64,000 nt of DNA from Acidobacteriota bacterium (lineage in GTDB: Bacteria; Acidobacteriota; UBA6911; RPQK01; JAJDTT01), in NCBI GenBank assembly GCA_965217775.1, contig CBDCJH010000002.1, positions 1,248,001 through 1,312,000 on the forward strand, written 5' to 3'. Shown piece after piece: positions 27,844 to 36,778 of this stretch; position 1 is the stretch's first letter; each line of letters starts with the position of its first letter. The position numbers and the translations under genes were made by a program. Under the pieces are notes generated by a model, which worked only from the letters and a program-made list of their open reading frames with translations, searched no databases and was not told where the DNA came from.

Positions 27844-29625
27844 ATGAGTTCGGGACAGTTCGATTTTTCCTTGGCCATTGGAGGCGCTGCGGGTCAGGGA
27901 ATCGCGACGCCAGGGAACATCCTGGCTCGGATCTTCGTGCGGCGCGGGGTTCATCTGAACGCGTACAACGCCTACCAATCCATCATTCGTGGTGGGCATA
28001 TCTTTCTCACCATCCGGCTCCGGGACCGCCATCCGGAGACCCACGGCGACAAGCTGGATCTTCTGGTCTGTTTGAATCAGGACACGATGAATCGGCATTT
28101 GGGGTTGCTGGGTCCGGGCGCTTGCGCCATCTACAACAGCGACGCCATCAAGCCCGGTGACGCCGCCGACGGAGTCCAGTTGTGTCCCATGCCGGTGGTG
28201 GACCTGACCAGCGGCAATCGGAACCGTTTGATCCAGAACACCGTTGGCCTGGGTGTGATCGTCTCCCTGTTGAAAATGGACTTCGATCTCCTGGCGGGCG
28301 CGTTGAAGCTCCAGTTCCAACGGAAGGGTCCGGCCGTGGTGGACGAAAACGTCTCGGTCGCGCAAGCTGGTTACCGGTTCGCCGAAGACAACTTCGATCC
28401 TTTTCCGATGAGCGTCCCGGTGGGTCCCAAACCGCTTGCGGTCTGGACGGGCAACGATGCCCTGGCCATGGGGGGAGCCGCCGCCGGCTGCAAATTCTAT
28501 TGTGCCTATCCCATGAGCCCGTCCACGGGTGTGCTCCATTGGATGGCCAGGAACGCCCCTGAACTGGGCATTATGGTGCGCCAGGTCGAGGACGAGATCG
28601 GGGTTGCCAACATGGCCATCGGTGCGGCGCATGCCGGGTGCCGGAGCATGTGCGCCACCTCGGGTGGTGGATTCGCTCTCATGACCGAAGCCATCGGCGC
28701 CTCCGCGATGATGGAGATCCCGGTGGTCTTCATCGACGTGCAGCGGGCGGGTCCGTCCACCGGGGTCCCCACCAAGACGGAGCAGGGGGATCTGTGGCAG
28801 ATGCTGGGGGCCAGCCAGGGAGACTTTCAGCGCTTCATCGTGGCGCCCAAAGACGCGCTGGACGCCTTCGATACCATTCCCCAGGTTTTCAACTTGACGG
28901 ACCGGTATCAATGCCCGGGCATAGTTCTTTCCGATCTCCTGATTTCAGAGGGAACCTTCAGCATCGACCCGGACAAGATCAATTTCCAGCCTGCGATCGA
29001 CCGCGGCCGATTGATTACCGATCACTCCGAAACCGACGGGTACAAGCGTTACCTGGACACCGAAGACGGAGTCTCTCCGCGGGCTATTCCGGGGTTGGAG
29101 GGTTATGTCCACGTCGTGGCCACCGACGAGCACGATGAGGACGGCGTGCTGATCAGCGACGAGTTCACGAATCCCCACAAGCGCCGCCAGATGGTGGAGA
29201 AACGAGCCCGTAAATTCGCCAACGTGCTGGAGGACATCGAGGCCCCCCAGTTGGAGGGGCCCGTCGACGGAGAGGCGACGCTGGTGGGCTGGGGATCCAC
29301 CTACGGTGTCATCAACGAGGCCATTGGCCAGCTCAAGGAGCAGGGAGTCCAGGTCAACCATCTGCCCATCAAGTGGATCGTCCCGTTGCACGACGATGCC
29401 ATCCTGGAAACGCTGGGACGAGCCAAGCGGACCATCATCGTCGAAAACAACCATTCCGGACAGTTCGCCCGGTATCTGCGGGGCGAAACCGGCTTCGTGG
29501 CCGACGGCCACATTCGAAAATACGACGGCGAACCTTTCATGCCCCACCACATCGTGGAAGCTGTGCTGGAGCAGTTGAGAGGCGAGACGAACCACTCCGT
29601 TCCTTACCAGGAGATCATGGTATAG
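27844..29625 (+). CDS. korA: 2-oxoacid:ferredoxin oxidoreductase alpha subunit (gamma-alpha fusion)
   Basis: IGGAAGQG, YPMSPST, EDEIG, ATSGGGFALM, QRAGPSTGVPT; substrate not determinable. Confidence 0.9.
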   Translation: MSSGQFDFSLAIGGAAGQGIATPGNILARIFVRRGVHLNAYNAYQSIIRGGHIFLTIRLRDRHPETHGDKLDLLVCLNQDTMNRHLGLLGPGACAIYNSDAIKPGDAADGVQLCPMPVVDLTSGNRNRLIQNTVGLGVIVSLLKMDFDLLAGALKLQFQRKGPAVVDENVSVAQAGYRFAEDNFDPFPMSVPVGPKPLAVWTGNDALAMGGAAAGCKFYCAYPMSPSTGVLHWMARNAPELGIMVRQVEDEIGVANMAIGAAHAGCRSMCATSGGGFALMTEAIGASAMMEIPVVFIDVQRAGPSTGVPTKTEQGDLWQMLGASQGDFQRFIVAPKDALDAFDTIPQVFNLTDRYQCPGIVLSDLLISEGTFSIDPDKINFQPAIDRGRLITDHSETDGYKRYLDTEDGVSPRAIPGLEGYVHVVATDEHDEDGVLISDEFTNPHKRRQMVEKRARKFANVLEDIEAPQLEGPVDGEATLVGWGSTYGVINEAIGQLKEQGVQVNHLPIKWIVPLHDDAILETLGRAKRTIIVENNHSGQFARYLRGETGFVADGHIRKYDGEPFMPHHIVEAVLEQLRGETNHSVPYQEIMV

Positions 29626-29679
29626 GATTCGACAACAGGTCGATCCAATTCGGAACCCGACACACGAAAGGGAAGCATC

Positions 29680-30582
29680 ATGAGTATGGCTGTCACTCAA
29701 CAAGCGTCGGTCAAGCCCTTAAAGCCAAAAGATTTCAAGGGAAAGGTCGAACCGGACTGGTGCGCCGGATGCGGAGACTTCGGAGTGTTGCGCACGCTGC
29801 AGAGAGCCTGCGCCGAGTTGGGTCTCCGGCCCCATCAGATCCTCACCGTGAGCGGGATCGGATGTTCTTCGAACCTGCCGGGCTATTTCAACGGCTATGG
29901 GATGCACACCCTGCATGGCCGGGCCCTGGCGGTGGCCACGGGAGCGCAGTTGGCCAATCATGAGCTGACCGTGGTGGCGACCGGCGGCGACGGTGACGGC
30001 TATGGAATCGGGGGTAACCATTTCACCCACACGGCGCGCCGAAACGTGGATATGACTTATCTCGTCATGAACAATCAGATCTACGGCCTCACTACCGGGC
30101 AGGTCTCTCCCACCAGCGAGGAGGGCATGAAGACCAAGAGCACTCCTTATGGAAGCGTCGAGGTTCCGGTGAACCCCATCACCTCCGCCATCATGAGCGG
30201 CGCCAGCTACGTGGCTCGCGGGTTCAGTGGACAGGCGCGCCAGTTGATAGATCTCATCAAGCAGGCCATCCTGCACAAGGGCTTTGCCCTGGTCGACGTT
30301 TTCAGCCCGTGTGTCACCTTCAACCACGACAACGACTACAAGTTTTTCAAGCCCCGAGTCAGAAGGCTGGAAGACCTGGGGCACGACACCTCGGACTGGA
30401 AAGCCGCTTGCGAAAAGGCGATGGTCTGGGGTGACGACATCTATATCGGCTGCTTCTTTCAGAAGCTGGCGCCGTCTTTGCACAGCCTGGAAGGGGTTCT
30501 GGACGAAGGCGGACCCTTGGCGCACAGGAAGCTGGGAATTACCCAGGAGCAGGCGCAACGCATCATCAAGCGGATGATGTAG
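29680..30582 (+). CDS. korB: 2-oxoacid:ferredoxin oxidoreductase beta subunit
   Basis: WCAGCGDF, SGIGCS, HGRA, GGDGD TPP motif, YGLTTGQ.SPT, SPCVTFN. Confidence 0.92.
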   Translation: MSMAVTQQASVKPLKPKDFKGKVEPDWCAGCGDFGVLRTLQRACAELGLRPHQILTVSGIGCSSNLPGYFNGYGMHTLHGRALAVATGAQLANHELTVVATGGDGDGYGIGGNHFTHTARRNVDMTYLVMNNQIYGLTTGQVSPTSEEGMKTKSTPYGSVEVPVNPITSAIMSGASYVARGFSGQARQLIDLIKQAILHKGFALVDVFSPCVTFNHDNDYKFFKPRVRRLEDLGHDTSDWKAACEKAMVWGDDIYIGCFFQKLAPSLHSLEGVLDEGGPLAHRKLGITQEQAQRIIKRMM

Positions 30583-30841
30583 CGTTGCGCCGCGGGCCTT
30601 CACGGCACCGCGGATTCGCCCCGAGGCCGGCCCGAAGCCGGAATCGCGACTATCCAGGGCAGGTTGCATCTTAACTACCTGCTCGTCGGGTGGGACGTTC
30701 AGAGGCTGGGGACGCTTCGATCGGATTTTGATGGAGCGGCATTCCCGGGGCATCGACTACCGGGAATGTCGGCTCCAACTGCTGTGACCGGGGAAATCGC
30801 GAGATTATCCTCCCCGTAGCGGGCCGCCGGAGGCTTCAGTT

Positions 30842-31180
30842 ATGAAGCGGGCTATTCTGGCCGTCGAATCCCTCTATCCTCAAGCCCGAGCTCGGGACAG
30901 AAACTCCAAAAATCTGGCTCTTGCCATACTCATTCAGGCATTTCGGGATGTCGTCTCCCCGGTCCGGTCCTCCCGGGAGTGGAGATTCTGGGAGCAAGAC
31001 GCATTGCAATGGTTCGCCGCCTTGGAGGACCATCCCGGCAGCTTCCAATGGATCTGCGGGATACTGGACCTGAACTCCTCGGAGTTGCGGAGATGGCTCG
31101 ATTCGTACCGGCACAGCGGAACCGGTCGGCGCCGGAAAATGGCTCGCAAGCTCATCCGTTTCCGCTTCCGCGGGGAGTAA
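30842..31180 (+). CDS. Hypothetical protein
   Basis: GGAGG RBS; sits directly upstream of hemY; function not recognised. Confidence 0.6.
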   Translation: MKRAILAVESLYPQARARDRNSKNLALAILIQAFRDVVSPVRSSREWRFWEQDALQWFAALEDHPGSFQWICGILDLNSSELRRWLDSYRHSGTGRRRKMARKLIRFRFRGE

Positions 31181-31193
31181 GTTCGTCGCCTCA

Positions 31194-32600
31194 ATGCCTT
31201 CGAGACTGAGGGTAGGAATTGTCGGCGGAGGCCTTTCCGGACTGGCGGTTGCCTACTACCTGACCCGGGAGAACTCTGCCAACGGACTCGGCTTGGACAT
31301 CACTCTCCTGGAGAAGTCCCCGCGCCTGGGCGGAGTCATCCGGTCCAGACGAGTGGGTGATTTCCTCCTGGAAGACGGCCCGGAAGCCTTTGTCTCCTAC
31401 AAGCCGGCAGCTTCGAGACTGGTCGAGGAACTGGGCCTCGATGCTGACCTGCTGGGTTCAAGGGATGACCGGCGCAAGGTCTACGTCCTGGACCAGGATG
31501 GTCTGAACCCCCTCCCGGAAGGGATGGTGTTTCTGGCCCCGGTCCGGAGGCGAGCTTTCTGGTCTACGGCCTCGCTGAGCCCGGCAGGTAAGATTCGAGC
31601 CCTGCTGGAACCTTGGGTCCCACCAACCCGCAAGGATGCCAGCGTCCGGGAATTCTTCCATCGGCGTCTGGGGCGCGAGTTCACCCGCCGTGTCGCCGAG
31701 CCCCTGGTCTCCGCCATCTACGGGGGCAACATCCGGCACTTGAGCATGGAAAGCGCGCTTCCCCTCCTCTACCGGTTGGAGCAGAGTCAGGGAAGCCTCC
31801 GGAAGGGTTTCCTGCGGCGGCCCCTCGAGAGTTCTTCCCAGCCGCGGCCCCTCTTCCTGACTCTGCGGAAGGGGATGGAACAGTTGGTGGACGCCCTGCG
31901 CAAGCAGGTCGATGGAGTGACGATCCGCACCGGTGTCTCCGGGCTGCGCCTGACCCCCAGCTCCGGGGGCAGCTATCTCCTGAAGGGTAAAGGGTTCGAG
32001 GGAGTCCAGGATAGGGTCATCCTGTCGACTCCGGCTCCGGCCGCCTCACGGCTGCTGGCCGGACTCGCCTCGGAGGAGGACTCTCCTCTCAGCCGGGTTC
32101 CCTATACCTCGACTCGGATCATCTACTTGGCCTACAGGCGCTCCGAGTTTTCGCACCCGCTGAACGGATTCGGCTTCGTCGCAGCGGAAGGAGCGGATAC
32201 GGTGCTGGATGCCTGCACCTGGGTCAGCAGCAAATTCGACGGCCGTTGCCCGCCGGACTCGGTTCTGCTGCGATGTGCCGTTCACGACGGACGCCGGCGC
32301 CGGGAACCGATGAGTGAAGAAGAACTCGTGAGCAGGACCCACCAGGAAATACGGCGGATTCTGGGCATCTCCTGCACTCCCACGCTGCATCATGTCTGGG
32401 ACCACGGCCCGGCCATGCCCCAACCGATCATGGGCCATTCCGGCAGGATCGAGAGAACCCGTGCCGGCCTGCACCGATTACCGGGGATCTATCTGACCGG
32501 GGCCTTCGTCGGCGGAGTCGGGATCCCCGATTGCATCGAGACCAGCAGAAGGGTCGCGGAGGAGGTTGCGGACGAGGCTCGTAACCGGAACCGTGGCTGA
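31194..32600 (+). CDS. hemY: HemY-type protoporphyrinogen/coproporphyrinogen oxidase
   Basis: IVGGGLSGL FAD motif, RLGGVI, EDGPEAF, GFGFV, SSKF, GVGIPDCI. Confidence 0.88.
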   Translation: MPSRLRVGIVGGGLSGLAVAYYLTRENSANGLGLDITLLEKSPRLGGVIRSRRVGDFLLEDGPEAFVSYKPAASRLVEELGLDADLLGSRDDRRKVYVLDQDGLNPLPEGMVFLAPVRRRAFWSTASLSPAGKIRALLEPWVPPTRKDASVREFFHRRLGREFTRRVAEPLVSAIYGGNIRHLSMESALPLLYRLEQSQGSLRKGFLRRPLESSSQPRPLFLTLRKGMEQLVDALRKQVDGVTIRTGVSGLRLTPSSGGSYLLKGKGFEGVQDRVILSTPAPAASRLLAGLASEEDSPLSRVPYTSTRIIYLAYRRSEFSHPLNGFGFVAAEGADTVLDACTWVSSKFDGRCPPDSVLLRCAVHDGRRRREPMSEEELVSRTHQEIRRILGISCTPTLHHVWDHGPAMPQPIMGHSGRIERTRAGLHRLPGIYLTGAFVGGVGIPDCIETSRRVAEEVADEARNRNRG

Positions 32601-32605
32601 GCCCC

Positions 32606-33598
32606 TTACTCATCAACGGCGTCGCGGGCGCACCGGAAACCCAGATTCGTCAGGCCCGAGTCGGGGGCGGTCTTCTGCCGCGCGGCCACCCGGTAGCCCT
32701 GGCAGTAGTTGACGCTGCACATCCAGGAGCCTCCCCGGATCACTCTTTCGGAGCCCTTCGCGGGGCCCGCCGGATCTCTGGCGCCGTTGGAATGGCGGTA
32801 GTAGTCGTTCCGGTACCAGTCCCGGGTCCATTCCCACACGTTACCGGCCATGTCGTAGAGCCCGTAGCCGTTGGCCGGAAAGGATCCGACCGGCGCCGTG
32901 GTGCGGAACCCGTCCAGTACCTCATGCCGGAGGGGAAAGAAACCCTGCCAGAGGTTGGCCATGTGCTGTTTTCCGGGATTGAGGTCGGCGCCCCAGGGAA
33001 AGGGACCCTGATCCGAACCGCCGCGGGCCGCCCATTCCCACTCCGCTTCGGTGGGCAGCCGCTTTCCGGCCCACCGGGCGTAGGCAACGGCATCATTCCA
33101 CGAGAGCTGGACCACCGGGTGGTCCAGCCGATCCTCGAGGGAGGAACCGGGACCGGTGGGATGCCTCCACGAAGCGCCCGTTACGGGTCGCCAGCTCTCG
33201 TCCTCTTCGGAGAATACGCCCGACCAACCGTAGCTCTCCGCCTCGGTGCGGTGGTTGGTCTCCTGGACGAAGACGCGAAACTGGCGATTCGTGACCTCAT
33301 GGCGATCCAGCCAAAAGGAACTCACACTGACCCGGTGGGGGGGGCCTTCGAAGGGAAATCCTTGATCCGTTCCCATGAGAAAGGTGCCGGCGGGGATTCG
33401 AATCATCTCCTCGGGAGACGGTGGTGGCTGGGTTCGACAGGAGGAGAGCAACAGGCTGAGAAGACAACCTGCGAAAAGGAGTGAGAGCGCGCCCAAGACA
33501 CCGGAAGTAAACGCCGAACCTGACGGATTCCTCACCGATGGCACGGCGCCGCTCTGTGGGATGCGGCGCCGGTCGGTAGTGAAAAGAATTGTCGTCAC
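32606..33598 (-). CDS. Formylglycine-generating enzyme (SUMF1/FGE), probable lipoprotein
   Basis: RLPTEAEWE, NGYGLYDMAGNVWEW, RGGSWMCSVNYC with the catalytic Cys pair, NLGFRC; start uncertain. Confidence 0.88.
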   Translation of the reverse strand: MTTILFTTDRRRIPQSGAVPSVRNPSGSAFTSGVLGALSLLFAGCLLSLLLSSCRTQPPPSPEEMIRIPAGTFLMGTDQGFPFEGPPHRVSVSSFWLDRHEVTNRQFRVFVQETNHRTEAESYGWSGVFSEEDESWRPVTGASWRHPTGPGSSLEDRLDHPVVQLSWNDAVAYARWAGKRLPTEAEWEWAARGGSDQGPFPWGADLNPGKQHMANLWQGFFPLRHEVLDGFRTTAPVGSFPANGYGLYDMAGNVWEWTRDWYRNDYYRHSNGARDPAGPAKGSERVIRGGSWMCSVNYCQGYRVAARQKTAPDSGLTNLGFRCARDAVDE

Positions 33599-33604
33599 GA
33601 GCGG

Positions 33605-35401
33605 TTATGCCGCAGTTCCAGAGGCCCTCCGTCGCCGGAACAAGCCCAGCAGACCCGCCGAGAAGAGGGTCACCAGACAGGAACTGGGAAGCACCCACAT
33701 CCAGGAGACGGCCTTGACCTTGACTAGGAGCCGATTCCCCGCAATTTGGATGGAATCGTCGGGCCGGATCTGAGCTTGAGTGACGGGCTCATCGTTGATC
33801 CGGGTTTCACCCAAGCTCTCCAACTGCCAGCCGCTTTCGGTTCTCCGGACGACGGCATGACGGTCGGCCACGCCTTCGCCGGTCAGGACGAACTCGTTCG
33901 CGCCCGAGTCCGATCCGATGGTGTTTTCCCGGTCGCTGGACGGCTCCCAGCGCACGGTTTCCGTCTGACCGGGCACGTCCGCGTAGATGAAGATGTCCGG
34001 GTGGGTCTGCAACCAGGTGGCGAGGGAGAGATAGAAGCCCACGGCCATGCCCAGAAACCCGGACAGGATCAGCATGCGTCCGCTACAACGGAATCGCAGG
34101 AATGCCGCAAAGAACATCCCGCCCAGGGCTCCGGTGATGTAGCTGCTGATCCGAACGGTAAGATCGAAGAGATTCCCTCGAGTCTCCTCGGGAATGGTGT
34201 TGAGATAGAGGCAGAAGCCGACGGCGAACAGGCCTGCCAGAATCGTGATCGTCCGAGCCAGCTTCAACTCCGCGGCCGCGTCGAGGGCCTGCTTGCGCAG
34301 GCGGCGGAAAAAGTCGACCGTCAGCACCGTGGCCACTCCGTGCATCCCCGAGTCCAGACTCGACATGGCGGCCGAGAACAGGGCCGCCACCACCAGGCCA
34401 GCCAGTCCCCGCGGCAAACCGTGGGCGATGAAATGGGGGAAGGCCTGGTCGGGCGTGCCCGGGAGTTGGCCCAGGTAGTAGGAATAGAGGGCCATCCCCG
34501 TGAGACCGAGGGAGAGGGCGATGGTCATGTCGGCGCCGAGGTTGGATATGAAGGAGCGCCGGGCGCCCTGTACCGAGCCGGTGGTCAGGTACCGTTGGAT
34601 CGCCACCTGATCCGATCCGGCCGTGCAGGTCCACCAGAACATGGCATAGATGGCCATGCCCAGAAGGCTGACCCGGACATAGGGGTCGAAGGCGAAGAAG
34701 GGTTGCGGCTCCCGGTCCGCCTGCATCACGTCGTTGAACCAGGTGGCGGGACCGGTGCCGGTCTCGAAGAAGATGAAGCCTATGGTGAACGCAAGGCCGC
34801 CGAAGAGGATGGCGAACTGGGCCACGTCGGTCCAGATCACGGCCCTCATGCCTCCCATGGTGGTGTAGACGATGGCAATGGCGCCGATTCCCACGACCAC
34901 CCAGATAAAGGGCAGACCGGTCATCCGGGTCATGGCGAAGGAGGCCGTGTAGACGATCATTCCCATCCAGAACAGCCGGTTGAGCATGAACAGGATCGAC
35001 GCGAAGAGCCGCGCTCCGAGACCGTATTGGGCCTCCAGATATTCATAAGCGCTGGTGAAGCGTTTGCGCATGAAGAACGGGATCAGGACCACGGTGACCA
35101 GGGCCAGGGTGAAGGGAATATGCATCTGCCCGCCCCAGATGCCCAGACCATTCTTGATGATCTCGCCGGGACTGGAGAGGTAGCTGACGGTGGAAAGGAG
35201 GGTGGCGAACATGCTCAGACCCACCACGAACCAGGGCATGCTCCGACCCGCCATGAAGTACTCTTCGGTCGATTTCTGCTTCTTGCTGAAGTAGTAACCG
35301 GCGATCAACATCACGATGAAATAGAGGACGACGAACCCGTAGTCGATCGATTGGAGGCCATCGAAGCGGTCTGGTCTGCCCTGGTCGAGGGCTAGCAACA
35401 T
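33605..35401 (-). CDS. Sodium:solute symporter with an FHA-like domain inserted before the last TM
   Basis: YFMAGRSMPW, SAYEYLE, GGMRAVIWTD, DQVAIQRY, AAMSSLDS; soluble insert TIGSD..RHAVV..TRIND..IRPDDSIQI. Confidence 0.88.
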   Translation of the reverse strand: MLLALDQGRPDRFDGLQSIDYGFVVLYFIVMLIAGYYFSKKQKSTEEYFMAGRSMPWFVVGLSMFATLLSTVSYLSSPGEIIKNGLGIWGGQMHIPFTLALVTVVLIPFFMRKRFTSAYEYLEAQYGLGARLFASILFMLNRLFWMGMIVYTASFAMTRMTGLPFIWVVVGIGAIAIVYTTMGGMRAVIWTDVAQFAILFGGLAFTIGFIFFETGTGPATWFNDVMQADREPQPFFAFDPYVRVSLLGMAIYAMFWWTCTAGSDQVAIQRYLTTGSVQGARRSFISNLGADMTIALSLGLTGMALYSYYLGQLPGTPDQAFPHFIAHGLPRGLAGLVVAALFSAAMSSLDSGMHGVATVLTVDFFRRLRKQALDAAAELKLARTITILAGLFAVGFCLYLNTIPEETRGNLFDLTVRISSYITGALGGMFFAAFLRFRCSGRMLILSGFLGMAVGFYLSLATWLQTHPDIFIYADVPGQTETVRWEPSSDRENTIGSDSGANEFVLTGEGVADRHAVVRRTESGWQLESLGETRINDEPVTQAQIRPDDSIQIAGNRLLVKVKAVSWMWVLPSSCLVTLFSAGLLGLFRRRRASGTAA

Positions 35402-35503
35402 GTGTTCACTCCTGTTCTCGCAGTGTGGGAAGGTCGATTCGATGCTGGCCGGGTCCGCGCGGAGTCAAGAACTCCCCTTCGCGTTCACGAAGGCCCGACA
35501 GTG

Positions 35504-36583
35504 CTATTTCGCTGCCCTGTGGGTCGACTCACCGATCCCGTGGTCGTAATCCTGGTAATGGGCGGCCAGGACATCGTTTCCGAAGTCCCCATTCCAGTCT
35601 CGCCAGACCGTGTGGCTGTGGTTGGCCCGGTTCTGGGTATTGGCGTACTCGATGAGAAACTCCGGCGTCTGGACCCTGTAGTAGACCCCTTCTCCGGGCC
35701 CGGTCCCTCCGGCCCAGGCGAAGTGGATTTTTCCCCTGGGGGTCTCGTCGAAGCGATCCATTCTCCCCTTCGTAATGGTGACGGAGCCGTTGCCTGCATA
35801 CTCGTGCACCAGGCTCCGCAGCGCCCGGTACTGGTCGTCGGTGAGCTCGGCGCCGGGCAGCCCGGGAGGTTCGTTGACCAGTCGCGCCCTCTGGTCGACG
35901 AAGCTCAAGATGTCCCTGTAGGCGACGTGCTGCACGACGGCCAGGTCACGCTGTCCGGATTCCAGGCTCTGCAGGAGCTGTTTGGCCTTGTCCTCTTCCG
36001 CGCCCAGCACTCTCAGGCCCTTTTCGGAGCCCCGGCGGACCTCGTGCGGATTGGCGCCGAAGAAGGCCGGGGTGGCCGAGACCAACTTGCCGTCCCGGAT
36101 CGTGAAGTTCAGCGAAAGATGGTGTCCTTCCAGGCGCCAGCCCCAGGTCCCGGAAGCCGAGGGCGTGCCAAAAATCGCGTAGTAGTACTTTTCCCGGTCA
36201 CGGTTTCCCGAAGTGTCGTTCTCGATGATCCTGAGGATTTCTTCCAGTTGGATCACCCCCTGAACCTTGGAGAAGCCCCGGTCGCTGAGGCCGGCCCTCA
36301 GCAGGTTGTGGGCCAGCTTCTCCTGTTTGTCGTCCATGTACTTGTAGCCGATACCGGGGCGGGCGTACCCGTAGGCCCGCTGGTATCCGCTGTCGGGGAA
36401 GTAGTGCCACTCCACCCGCTTCTCGGCGTCGAAGGAATACAGGGTGACCGCCTTCTGCATGGCGGAAAGGGAATCCAGGAAATGATTAGCCTCTCTGATC
36501 ATGGCTTCACCTTCCCCGGACACCCCAGAGGACGCAACCAGGGAGGCGGCGCCCAGCAACAGCACCAAGAGTCGAAATCTCAT
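35504..36583 (-). CDS. DUF3500 domain-containing exported protein
   Basis: WGWRLEGHHLSLN, PAFFGANP, YYRVQ..LIEYANTQ..ANHSHTVWRD..GDFG. Confidence 0.88.
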   Translation of the reverse strand: MRFRLLVLLLGAASLVASSGVSGEGEAMIREANHFLDSLSAMQKAVTLYSFDAEKRVEWHYFPDSGYQRAYGYARPGIGYKYMDDKQEKLAHNLLRAGLSDRGFSKVQGVIQLEEILRIIENDTSGNRDREKYYYAIFGTPSASGTWGWRLEGHHLSLNFTIRDGKLVSATPAFFGANPHEVRRGSEKGLRVLGAEEDKAKQLLQSLESGQRDLAVVQHVAYRDILSFVDQRARLVNEPPGLPGAELTDDQYRALRSLVHEYAGNGSVTITKGRMDRFDETPRGKIHFAWAGGTGPGEGVYYRVQTPEFLIEYANTQNRANHSHTVWRDWNGDFGNDVLAAHYQDYDHGIGESTHRAAK

Positions 36584-36778
36584 CAGTTCGCTCCATATGG
36601 TTCGAAGTGGTTCGCCGCCCCAAGGGCCCCGGGTCGGGGGCGACCTGCGGCCGATTATATCCGCCGGATGAGGTTCCCGCCAGCGGCGGTCATATGGCTG
36701 ATAAGGTTCCCCGGGTCAGCTTGCTCCTCCACTTTCACCACCCGGGAAGAGGTCAATGGAGCGGACAGACGAAAACCC

